Positions 9,543-18,551 are shown, counted from the stretch's first letter. The stretch is DNA of 64,000 nucleotides from an uncultured virus (IMG/VR IMGVR_UViG_3300022660_001620) (IMGVR_UViG_3300022660_001620); one strand, 5' to 3'. The notes: a model not told the origin generated them from the sequence alone. Translations and numbers: made by a program.

Positions 9543-10413
9543 GTATTTCTCCTCCTTCAGTTATTTTGTCATGGCGGATGATTTTTTTTGCAAGTTTATT
9601 TAGATTAGTCACAATTACATCGCCAGTTATTCTTACAGTTCTATGACTACTATTAGTAGCATTAATTTCAGCAATTCTATTATGTATAAAATCCAAATCG
9701 TCAAAACCATTTGAGAAGATAAATGTCATAATCTCCTTGGTTCTTCTATATCCTTCATTTATCATTCGTATAATAGAATCGTGTTGGATAAAAACCGAGT
9801 TTGATACAATCTTTTTATCTGGGAATGTTAGCCTGATAACTTTTTTGTCAGAGTCAACATCTTCAAAGATGTAATTGACATCATCAAAATAGATGCAAAT
9901 TACATAATCCAAATGTTCTTTTAGAACGGGATAAACTGGAATATTATCGACGACTGCACCGTCGTAAAGAGATTTCGTTCCGATTTTCACTCCTCTATTA
10001 TAAAATGGCATTGCAACACTTGCGCACAAATATTGTTGCATATCCGCTGGCACAATCGAAGAAAAATCATAGTATTCAAGTTCTCTGCTTGAAAGATCAA
10101 GTAATGGAACATAAAATGTGTTTTCAATATTCTTATCTACTACAATATTTTCAATAATTTCTTGCAGAAATGTACTTTTCAATACAGATGTAATAAATCG
10201 TTTATTACCTTCAAGATTAACATTTTCCCAAATATTCTTTGCTTTTTCTAAATTGTCGGTTAGAAAAGCATATGTATTCAAAGTGCCAATTGAAGCAGCA
10301 CTGACATATTCAAAGTCGGAAGGAAGAAAGAACTCACTAATTGCAGTTAAAGCACCAATCTGGTAAGCACCCTTTCCCATTCCTCCCGATAATACTAATC
10401 CTATATGTTTCAT
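9535..10413 (-). CDS. Patatin-like phospholipase
   Basis: LVLSGGMGKGAYQIG, AASIG nucleophile, ASVAMP, DGA. Confidence 0.85.
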   Translation of the reverse strand: MKHIGLVLSGGMGKGAYQIGALTAISEFFLPSDFEYVSAASIGTLNTYAFLTDNLEKAKNIWENVNLEGNKRFITSVLKSTFLQEIIENIVVDKNIENTFYVPLLDLSSRELEYYDFSSIVPADMQQYLCASVAMPFYNRGVKIGTKSLYDGAVVDNIPVYPVLKEHLDYVICIYFDDVNYIFEDVDSDKKVIRLTFPDKKIVSNSVFIQHDSIIRMINEGYRRTKEIMTFIFSNGFDDLDFIHNRIAEINATNSSHRTVRITGDVIVTNLNKLAKKIIRHDKITEGGEIHE

Positions 10414-10443
10414 TTTTTCTCCATAATCTGTGATTTGATATCA

Positions 10444-10800
10444 TCAGAAGTAGTATTCGAGTAAATTTTTGTTTTTAAAGAAACACTCATCAATAATATT
10501 GAATTTTGCCCATGTATCACTTTCAAAGCGATATACAATAAAGTCGTTATCTCCGGTATCAAAAAGCGGAAGAATCTTTAATGTGCTAAAATCAACATGA
10601 AGATCTTCGGAAGCTTCCAGAACTTCTTTTGTTGAAAGAGTTCTCCAACCGTTCTCAAAAAAGATACTTTCCTGAGAATAGGAGATAATTTTTTTGACAA
10701 TCATAGGCAATTGCATTCCGTATTTTGCTTCTATTTCTTTAATTACATCTTTATTTTCTGATTGATTTTTCAGCTGTAATATAAACTCTTTCCCAGTCAT
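10444..10800 (-). CDS. SMI1/KNR4 (SUKH) family immunity protein
   Basis: IKEIEAKYGMQLP...ILPLFDTGDNDFIVY; directly after the HNH toxin gene. Confidence 0.75.
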   Translation of the reverse strand: MTGKEFILQLKNQSENKDVIKEIEAKYGMQLPMIVKKIISYSQESIFFENGWRTLSTKEVLEASEDLHVDFSTLKILPLFDTGDNDFIVYRFESDTWAKFNIIDECFFKNKNLLEYYF

Positions 10801-10808
10801 AGCCTACC

Positions 10809-11456
10809 TCACAACATTTTATCTAATTTACTATAAGGACTATCAGGAGCATGAACCCCCTGCTTATCATAATGTTCATTTGCATGAAGTGGCGTAATAT
10901 TCGAAGCTTCATTTTTTCCACCCATGCCAAGTGGCTGAATATGATGGGCATCATAATCTCCACCCGCTTTTCTTATCATTTTCCCGTTCGATGAATATAC
11001 ATCGTTATCGTATTTGGGCCATGGTTGTCCATGTTCTTCAGCCCATTGTTTCTTTAAATCTGATTTTTTATCATCAAACTCATCACGTTTAGCAGCGGTT
11101 TCCTCTGGTGACAATTTCTTAAGATCTCTTGACTCAAAAGGGCGATCCTTAATAGTATCAGGGCAATCGGAACGATTTTTTAGGTCACTAAAATAATTGT
11201 TTAGATTTGATTCAATATTTTCCGGTTGCTTTTTTTCAACGGCTTGTTCATGCGGACGGACAGTATTAAGTTTTCCTTTTCCATCATTATCAGATGATGA
11301 ATCAATTTTACTAGTTCTACATCTTTCGAAATTATCAGAGGATCGCTCTAACTTCCGCTTATCTATTGAAGATGGAGCAGTATTCTCAGCCATTCCTTTT
11401 GTAGCCACTCCTTTTTCAGGATTCTCGGCTTCATCAAAATTACCTATACGGGCCAT
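10809..11456 (-). CDS. HNH-nuclease polymorphic toxin with shared N-terminal leader
   Basis: WPKY...YDAHHIQPLGMGGKNEASNITPLHANEH...GVH. Confidence 0.8.
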   Translation of the reverse strand: MARIGNFDEAENPEKGVATKGMAENTAPSSIDKRKLERSSDNFERCRTSKIDSSSDNDGKGKLNTVRPHEQAVEKKQPENIESNLNNYFSDLKNRSDCPDTIKDRPFESRDLKKLSPEETAAKRDEFDDKKSDLKKQWAEEHGQPWPKYDNDVYSSNGKMIRKAGGDYDAHHIQPLGMGGKNEASNITPLHANEHYDKQGVHAPDSPYSKLDKML

Positions 11457-11483
11457 AGCATATTACCTCTATGTATTGTAAAT

Positions 11484-11777
11484 TTACCAACGGCTGAGTG
11501 TTTTCTGTTTAGTTGCAGGGGATGCAGGTGAATCCCATTCTGTATTATGCGTTGGTTTTCCATCCCAGCGATAAGCATACGATGGTTTATCTGAAAGTTT
11601 ATCTTTACCAGAGTCATTTTTCTCTGGTATATAACTGTATTTGGATTTTGTATCTTCCGTGCGTTCTAACTTTTGTTTATCTGCTTCTGCTGGCGTGATT
11701 GCTTTTTCAAAAGCATTTGATTTATTTGGTGTTTGCTCTGGGCTTTCTGACTCTTTAAAACTATCAATTCTAAGCAT
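11484..11777 (-). CDS. Small hydrophilic protein with shared leader
   Basis: MLRIDSF...DKQKLER...GKDKLS. Confidence 0.7.
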   Translation of the reverse strand: MLRIDSFKESESPEQTPNKSNAFEKAITPAEADKQKLERTEDTKSKYSYIPEKNDSGKDKLSDKPSYAYRWDGKPTHNTEWDSPASPATKQKTLSRW

Positions 11778-11841
11778 TGTATTCCTTCATGGCAATGCAG
11801 TACACCACCCATCAACATCGAAGAAAGTAATATGATGTATG

Positions 11842-12825
11842 TTATTGTTTATTATGATATACATATTCTCGTAATATCCACTCATTGTTACCGCTTGAGT
11901 CGATTTGCAGTGCATCAAGCAATTTTTCCGTGTCTACATCGCCATTTCCCTTTCTGCATTTGTCAATAGTATCAGCACTGGTAAAATAGTTGCTCGTTTT
12001 ATCGTTATCTGCCGAACGTAATTGATAAAACACCTCTCCATCTTTTAATTTTCTCGAAGAACCAAAAGCATCTTGATTCATACCAAGGTTCTCCTGGTTG
12101 GAATGCGGATAATTATAATTTTCTATTTCGTTTCGTTCGTTATCATTTTTTATTACTTTCGGCAGATCTCGAGTTGGTCTTGTGCTGTTATTTAATTGCT
12201 GCCATTCTTTATTTTCTGATTTAGAAAGCGGTGTATTATCCACACTAAAAGATTTCCCTTGATTTTTTACATTATTTTTATTCTCTGGAAGTTCAGCAGG
12301 TGTGTTCCTCGTGTTTTCATCAAGTTGCTTCCATATATTTTTCTCTGATTTAGAAAGTGGGGTAGAGTCAACCATTACCGTAGGCGTTTTTATGTTTCCA
12401 TTTTTAGTTGCTGAATCTTTATGTTGCAACTTTTCTTCTCCGACCTTTTCTAAGTAACCTTCTTTGAGCGGAATCCTTCCGTCTTCTCGCAATGGTTGAT
12501 TGCCTGCATTGCGAACAAAAAATTGTTCTCCACCACCTTTTCCATATTTGGGGTTTTCACAGACTGTACCCGATTGAACTAAGTCTCCTGGCTTTTGACG
12601 AATCTGATTTTTATTGTTCAATCGCTCTTTGCCAGTGGTAAGCTTCTGGCTCTCAGAATCCATCTCAATCTTCGGATTGGATAAGATGGATTCTGAGGTT
12701 TTGTTTCCTTCTTGATGAGCAAGCTTTTTTCGCTCATCTTCTGTAACAGATGGGATTGATTCCATTTTATTCTTTGGTTGTGTTTCAAATTTTTCAATTC
12801 CATCAAAATTGCCTAATTTACCCAT
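11842..12825 (-). CDS. Leader-bearing protein with putative permuted TNT/ART-like toxin domain and an internal repeat
   Basis: MGKLGNF leader; GTVCENPKYGKGGGEQFF at aa 86-103; LKDGEVFYQL..SNYFT..ALQI..REY at aa 260-321. Confidence 0.6.
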   Translation of the reverse strand: MGKLGNFDGIEKFETQPKNKMESIPSVTEDERKKLAHQEGNKTSESILSNPKIEMDSESQKLTTGKERLNNKNQIRQKPGDLVQSGTVCENPKYGKGGGEQFFVRNAGNQPLREDGRIPLKEGYLEKVGEEKLQHKDSATKNGNIKTPTVMVDSTPLSKSEKNIWKQLDENTRNTPAELPENKNNVKNQGKSFSVDNTPLSKSENKEWQQLNNSTRPTRDLPKVIKNDNERNEIENYNYPHSNQENLGMNQDAFGSSRKLKDGEVFYQLRSADNDKTSNYFTSADTIDKCRKGNGDVDTEKLLDALQIDSSGNNEWILREYVYHNKQ

Positions 12826-12830
12826 ATTTG

Positions 12831-13121
12831 TTATTCACGCTCAGTTTCATATCCACGTTCTAACTGACGCTGACCTCTTGATGTATCCCCTTCAGAAGAT
12901 GTATTGTTTGAACGTTCTAATTTTTGACGATCTTTTGCATCCTGTGATTGCTCATTAAGACTTTTTCTTTGTTCTTCAGGAGATTTATCTTGGAATCGAT
13001 CTAATTTTCCCTTAGCTTCAGGTGTTTGTTTTTCAGGAGTCTGTGTTATTTGATTTTTAGGTTTTACATCAGGCATTTCTGCTTCATGACCTTCACGATT
13101 TCTATTACCAAACCATTTCAT
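12831..13121 (-). CDS. Small charged protein built from KL(E/D)R motifs
   Basis: AKGKLDR, DRQKLER, GQRQLER; AAGGAG RBS. Confidence 0.7.
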   Translation of the reverse strand: MKWFGNRNREGHEAEMPDVKPKNQITQTPEKQTPEAKGKLDRFQDKSPEEQRKSLNEQSQDAKDRQKLERSNNTSSEGDTSRGQRQLERGYETERE

Positions 13122-13151
13122 GTTGATTCTCCTTGCATAATATTTTTATGA

Positions 13152-14798
13152 TTAGCCCATTGCAAGCATAAGCCAAAACAGTAGTGTCAAAATGCTACCA
13201 ACCGTGCAAACAATATATTTTGTTCTATGGTCAGGCTCAGGATCGCTGGATAAGCCGTAAAATCCTGCTATTGTAGAAATAGGAAGAAGGAATGGCCAAA
13301 TTATTCCAATTAGCCAACACCAAAGTGCGACTTTTCCTGTTGTACTCGGTTTCACCTTTGAGATGACTTCAATATTGCAAATAGCCGCCAATTTAGAGTC
13401 GGAATCGTAGCAGCGGACATTACCTTTTCCTTCATAATTTGTAGATGCAATTACTTGACATCTCTTTCCTGTTTTAGAAGGATTGATGGATGCAATAGTT
13501 TTGTTATCCAGTTCCCAAATGAGGTTTTCGGTAGGTGCATCAGAAGGACTTACATTGCATTCAAGAATAAATGTTTCTCCTGTTTTCAAGCGAACTGACT
13601 GTTGCGAAAAACTTAAATTCTGCAAAGCAGGTTTTACTTCAACCACCAGTGAAGCACTTGTTGCATAGCCAGATACAGTAATTGTTGCCTTACCGTTCTC
13701 GAGTGCAATTATGTTACCACTTTCGTCGACCTGGATAACATTGGGATTAGAAATATTCCATGAGAGTCGGTTGGCATCTTCGGCATTTAAAGGTGTAATA
13801 ATTACATCAATACGATTTCTTTCGCTGCGCTTCAAATACTCAAAACGAGGGATAAGTCTGATTTCCTCTACATATTGATGTTGAATTACAGAAATCTGTT
13901 TTTGAGCAACTACCTCATTTTTATCATTTATGATAGAAATAAAAGTGGTTCCACCTTCATGTGCAGTAACTGTGTCAGCACTACATGAAATGATAGATTC
14001 GTTTTCGCTTCTAAGTGAAAATGCAGTTGTTGGGAAACTTGCAAATTCAATCGGAGTGCTTTTCCCTTTATCTAAAGAAGCTGGAATATCTGTAATATAG
14101 TAGCCAGGAGCATTGTTTTTTATTGAATCCAGCTCTGCTTTCTGGGTCGGGTTTAATTTGGCATATCTCAATGCAGTTATGTATTCCTCGATTAAAGGAC
14201 GAGTAATGAGTTCAAATACTATGTAATCCCAGAATATCGGCATTTCTGTTTGCGGGATAGCATAGTATGCTCGATTCCCAAGGTTCTTGTACGAAACATT
14301 ATCTGAAATGATAATAGGAATACGAACCGTCGAAGGTATTTCGTTTGGGTTAACAAAAACACCAATATCTGCCTTCGGACTATCAACGATGGATAAATAG
14401 TCACTTTTAGGAACGGATGAATTGGAAGGATTGTAAACCGTAATATTAGCATTTTTTTCTACTGTTATATTATTTTGTTCGCTAATAATCGCAAGGCGTT
14501 CTAGAAGCTCTGATGGATCATAGAGCGATTCAATCTCGTGATGCTGAATCGCTTTGCAAAATTCCGATTGACCTGAAGTAGTCAAAAGTAATTTATAAGG
14601 ATACAGCTTACCATAAAAATCAATTTGGTAATCATCGAAAATCTCATTGTCCAGCCCAGGAATAATATTATGGAACGCTTCCATATAAGGGCGATTTAGT
14701 GTTGTGGTAAGTTCACTGTAGGGACTGACCTTTTCTCCATTTATTGTTACCTCTGCTTTACTGGAGAAATATGAATATCTTATTTCTACTTGGTTCAC
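13152..14798 (-). CDS. Ig-like (Big_2) domain protein with C-terminal membrane segments
   Basis: LSWNISNPNVIQVDESGNIIALENGKATITV and LIWELDNKTIASI repeats; hydrophobic C-terminus. Confidence 0.75.
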   Translation of the reverse strand: MNQVEIRYSYFSSKAEVTINGEKVSPYSELTTTLNRPYMEAFHNIIPGLDNEIFDDYQIDFYGKLYPYKLLLTTSGQSEFCKAIQHHEIESLYDPSELLERLAIISEQNNITVEKNANITVYNPSNSSVPKSDYLSIVDSPKADIGVFVNPNEIPSTVRIPIIISDNVSYKNLGNRAYYAIPQTEMPIFWDYIVFELITRPLIEEYITALRYAKLNPTQKAELDSIKNNAPGYYITDIPASLDKGKSTPIEFASFPTTAFSLRSENESIISCSADTVTAHEGGTTFISIINDKNEVVAQKQISVIQHQYVEEIRLIPRFEYLKRSERNRIDVIITPLNAEDANRLSWNISNPNVIQVDESGNIIALENGKATITVSGYATSASLVVEVKPALQNLSFSQQSVRLKTGETFILECNVSPSDAPTENLIWELDNKTIASINPSKTGKRCQVIASTNYEGKGNVRCYDSDSKLAAICNIEVISKVKPSTTGKVALWCWLIGIIWPFLLPISTIAGFYGLSSDPEPDHRTKYIVCTVGSILTLLFWLMLAMG

Positions 14799-14818
14799 AC
14801 CAGTGTCCTCCTATTTGT

Positions 14819-17800
14819 TTATTTTATCTGTGTATAAATCTGACGATACAAAATGCTATAACTGATTGCATGATGCTCGAACTTCTTCGAATGAAGAATA
14901 TATTGCCGAACAATTTCACGATAAGTATCATCAATAGATACATATTGTGGAAGTGCATTATCAATATGGCTGTACCATTCAGATAATGATTCGTCGGTAT
15001 AACATTCGATTAAATTACCTTCATCATCAGTTTTATATTCAAGGTATTTTTCTGCTTTCCTAAATGCATCATTACACCCAACTAAACGCAACATTGTTCG
15101 TCCGAACAAAATGCTATCGTAACCTTTGGCCATAATGCGGTTAAATTGGACGAGCATTCGGAGCATTTCTGCTTTTTTAGATGGTAATATATCAAATTCC
15201 TCTACCTTGCTAATAACCTTGCTAATATCCTGCTCGTCAGTCAATTCAAATTGATTTATTAGCTCTGAAAGAACGACACTTCTAAATTCCTTGAGTTTCT
15301 CAAATGTTATTGGCTGTTCATAACCTTCATAAGGGTGTTTTGCTTCATTTATCTTAGACAATACTGGAACGGACCAGTTGTTTTGCATAACAACTGCAAC
15401 ACCAGTTTCTAATTTTGCCAATTCATCCGTTTGTTGTTCAGTAAGGGAAACTGAATGTCCGGCAATCTTACAATCTTCATCCTCTGGAAGTCTCATAATG
15501 ATTTTTGTGTTTGTGTTTTTTATAGCAGCTATGTCTACGGAGGTAGGAGACTGGTCCACAATAACAAAGCCTTCTCCATAAGTTCTCATTTCTGCAATGC
15601 TGTTAACAATCATTTCTACAGATTTAGCAACAACATTGTTGCCAGCAGTACCTTGTGAATTCTTAGAATTTTTCAAGATATTATGCGCTTCTTCCAAAAT
15701 TGTTAGATGCTTTAATGCAGAATTACCACGATTGGCGTTTGCCATGCGATGTTCTGTGAGTTTTAGGATCAAAATACCCATAATCAGTGATTTTGTTTCA
15801 GAAGATCCAACTCTACTCAAATCAACAATCGTATTTTCGTCAAATAAAGTTTTGTTATCAACTTCAAACTCATCGCAAAAAATTTGGCCATAAATGCCAT
15901 TAGTCATAGAGTTTACTCGTGTAACAAGAGCACCAATATAGTCTCCTTTTGTATCAGCTGAGTATTCCGAACTATTGATTATTTTGGGGAGTTCCTGTAA
16001 AACGTCTATGAAGGTAGGAAATACAGGTTCACCCTCGCCAATATATACAGAATTTAATAAATCCCATCCCTTACTTACATAAGCTTCTTCAATAGCTTCT
16101 TTAAGTATTGCAGGCATTGCTGCATACATCTCCCAGCATCCATTAAAAATCTCAACTATACGATCCAGGTGTTCCAAAATATGAATACCTTCGCAAAAAG
16201 CAAACGGATTCAATTTTAGCATTTGGTCAATTTGAGGATTGGTGCTGAATAAATTTATGTTTTTAACGTTTCGGAACTCATTGCGATATTCGCCTTTCGC
16301 TGGTTCAATGACCAAAAATGGTATTTTGAATGGTTCCTTTGTTACTTCTTCAATCAATTTGTAGATTGTATTTGATTTACCACTACCTGTTGAGCCAGTT
16401 ACAAAACAATGAGAAGTTAAACTATCAATATTTAGTTTGACAGGAGCATCTTCTTTTTGCCCCATATGGTAGATATGCCCCAGCTCTATTTCTCTTTGTT
16501 TATAAGCTGTGTTGGAAAGCACATTTCTACCAAATTCAGCCATTTCGGTAATCATTATTCCGTTAACTGATTTTCTTGGCAAATTCAACAACTGCGTTAA
16601 CTCCTTTCCGTTGATATAACTGGTAGGAGATAATGCTTGTATATGCTCCGTGTTATTTGAACCATTAAAGACTGGAATTAAAAAAGTCGGGTGCTCACAA
16701 TAGCATAGTGACTCTTCAATACTTGCAGTTATATTGTCAGTACTGTCAAAAAGAGTAAAATTAGGCTTTTCAATACCGGTTTCTTCTCCTAATAATAGAG
16801 AGCGATAAGAGCTTGCAGCAATAGCAGCCGTTTTCTTTTCTTTTGCCATAAAATATGATGCAACTTCCCAAACACCATAAGAACTGCCTGTTTTAAGTCT
16901 TTTTATGTGTCGCTCAATTTTCTCTAAAAGGTTTTCGATACTTTTATCTCTGAATTCAATCGTCAAGTTATCTGTTGTACCAGTAGTTTGGGATGTGGAT
17001 TTCTGGCGAGAAAATGCATCTGTCCTTGTACTTGTATCGGTATTGGTACTTACTTCATTAGAGCCAGTAGACCATCCCTCATTAGTTCCAGTAGTAACAC
17101 CAAAATTTAGTAACATATGCATACCCATATTAAATCCAGAATTTTTACCGTGGGTATGTCCGTCAGAACGTCCAGTCGCCTTAGAGATACCTTTTGAGAT
17201 AGAATCAGAAATACTTTCTGTGATGCCTTCAGTCAAAGTAGTTCCCTCATTGTGTCCATGAGAGCTTGTTTTTTTAGAAAAAGGAAAAAGTGCTGAATAT
17301 AGTTCCTCAAAACCATTCATTCGGTATTCTATTTCGCTGTCTCTTATAGGAGAAGCAATTATCTCACACAGATATTCGCTTCCTCGCATGGTATCAATAA
17401 ATTTTTCTAATCCTTGGATGTATTCCCCCTGTTTAGAATTACGTTCTGAGGGGAGAATATTTACATATGCAATGTTTCTCGGAGTATGTTCGCATTCGCC
17501 TTCATTAAATATTTCGCTGATTTGGCTGGTCTTAATTGCATTTATTTTACTTCCTGGAAAGTTTCCAAGAAACGAGTCGTGTAACACTTCGCTGGCTGTT
17601 GCCGCATTGCTGATTTGTGAAGCTCGAATTCCAAAGTAAAGGTCAACACAATCCGATGATCCTTTCAGTATCATGACGATATTTTTACAAAATGGCATTA
17701 CAGCATGAAAAACACTTATGAGTTTTTCATTTATATCCTCGTTTTTGTCATATACAATCTTTTGAATATGAAATAATCTTGTTAAATTATGTTTTTTTAA

Positions 17801-17923
17801 GTATGTGTCCAATGGATGGACACGATAATCATGCAATGCTTCCAAGTAACTTTTATCAATAAATTGATTTGCTGCTTCGATTTGAGCGAGCATCTGTGTT
17901 TCCGTAATCATACTATTTACCAC
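14819..17923 (-). CDS. HerA/FtsK/VirB4-like ATPase (DUF87-type), 1034 aa
   Basis: Walker A GSTGSGKS, VIEPAKGEY, Walker B LTILEEAHN, EMRTYG, VDQSP. Confidence 0.85.
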   Translation of the reverse strand: MVNSMITETQMLAQIEAANQFIDKSYLEALHDYRVHPLDTYLKKHNLTRLFHIQKIVYDKNEDINEKLISVFHAVMPFCKNIVMILKGSSDCVDLYFGIRASQISNAATASEVLHDSFLGNFPGSKINAIKTSQISEIFNEGECEHTPRNIAYVNILPSERNSKQGEYIQGLEKFIDTMRGSEYLCEIIASPIRDSEIEYRMNGFEELYSALFPFSKKTSSHGHNEGTTLTEGITESISDSISKGISKATGRSDGHTHGKNSGFNMGMHMLLNFGVTTGTNEGWSTGSNEVSTNTDTSTRTDAFSRQKSTSQTTGTTDNLTIEFRDKSIENLLEKIERHIKRLKTGSSYGVWEVASYFMAKEKKTAAIAASSYRSLLLGEETGIEKPNFTLFDSTDNITASIEESLCYCEHPTFLIPVFNGSNNTEHIQALSPTSYINGKELTQLLNLPRKSVNGIMITEMAEFGRNVLSNTAYKQREIELGHIYHMGQKEDAPVKLNIDSLTSHCFVTGSTGSGKSNTIYKLIEEVTKEPFKIPFLVIEPAKGEYRNEFRNVKNINLFSTNPQIDQMLKLNPFAFCEGIHILEHLDRIVEIFNGCWEMYAAMPAILKEAIEEAYVSKGWDLLNSVYIGEGEPVFPTFIDVLQELPKIINSSEYSADTKGDYIGALVTRVNSMTNGIYGQIFCDEFEVDNKTLFDENTIVDLSRVGSSETKSLIMGILILKLTEHRMANANRGNSALKHLTILEEAHNILKNSKNSQGTAGNNVVAKSVEMIVNSIAEMRTYGEGFVIVDQSPTSVDIAAIKNTNTKIIMRLPEDEDCKIAGHSVSLTEQQTDELAKLETGVAVVMQNNWSVPVLSKINEAKHPYEGYEQPITFEKLKEFRSVVLSELINQFELTDEQDISKVISKVEEFDILPSKKAEMLRMLVQFNRIMAKGYDSILFGRTMLRLVGCNDAFRKAEKYLEYKTDDEGNLIECYTDESLSEWYSHIDNALPQYVSIDDTYREIVRQYILHSKKFEHHAISYSILYRQIYTQIK

Positions 17924-17943
17924 CTAATTACAAAAATATATGA

Positions 17944-18000
17944 AAAAACACGATAAAAGATAATCCTCGCAAGTGAGAATCAATCTTTTATCGTGTTTTT
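17944..18000. terminator. 18-bp inverted repeat (terminator/attenuator)
   Basis: AAAAACACGATAAAAGAT ... ATCTTTTATCGTGTTTTT. Confidence 0.65.
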
Positions 18001-18050
18001 GAAAGTTCTAACACGCTAACTGACTGTAACGTATAATCGTTATGTAATGT

Positions 18051-18353
18051 TTATCTCAGCTTGCGGCCCTGAGAATCTACCAAGCTATTGCAAAGGATTC
18101 GAATAAAGTCGATAAGTACCCAAATAGCTTCAACAATAATCAGTCCCCATCCCAAAACAGGAATAAAAATACCGCCAATGAACATAACTAACATCACAAT
18201 ACCAGAAGCATGGCTGCCAAGATAAAATCTGTGGACGCCAAGCATACCAAAGAAAAGGCAGAATAAGGCTGTTGCAACTTTACCTTTGTCTGATACCGTA
18301 GACTGAGTTATTACTTCACCTACAGAACCACTATTGTTAAATTCGTCGCTCAT
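18051..18353 (-). CDS. TM2-domain membrane protein
   Basis: LFCLFFGMLGVHRFYLG...IWVLIDFIRIL...DSQG; GGAGGA RBS. Confidence 0.85.
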   Translation of the reverse strand: MSDEFNNSGSVGEVITQSTVSDKGKVATALFCLFFGMLGVHRFYLGSHASGIVMLVMFIGGIFIPVLGWGLIIVEAIWVLIDFIRILCNSLVDSQGRKLR

Positions 18354-18466
18354 AATTTTTTCCTCCGTATTTAGTATGATATAGGAAATAGGTGTCAGGC
18401 AATTTTCGTAGAGTATCTTACTCCACGAAGAAACTATCGGCAACTATTCACACCACATTCATTAGT

Positions 18467-18495
18467 ATTATAATGATTTCGCCTGCTTTTGTCAA
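18467..18495 (-). promoter_or_regulatory. Consensus sigma70/sigmaA promoter for the AT-rich operon
   Basis: TTGACA (18495-18490), 17 nt, TATAAT (18472-18467). Confidence 0.8.
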
Positions 18496-18522
18496 TATCA
18501 TTTGCATCTTTTTCTTTGCCCA

Positions 18523-18551
18523 GGAAAAGTCAAGCATTAAATGCGAACAAA
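18523..18551. repeat. Candidate IS30-type terminal inverted repeat at the prophage left end
   Basis: Minus strand TTTGTTCGCATTTAATGCTTGACTTTTCC resembles IS30-family ends; sits at the GC transition. Confidence 0.35.

Noticed and set aside
9535..10413. CBASS CapV effector
   Set aside because: No CD-NTase or Cap2/Cap3 gene nearby.
14819..17923. SIR2-HerA/NurA-HerA defence or T7SS EssC
   Set aside because: No Sir2 or NurA partner, a single ATPase domain, no FHA domains or WXG100 genes. A defence role cannot be fully excluded.
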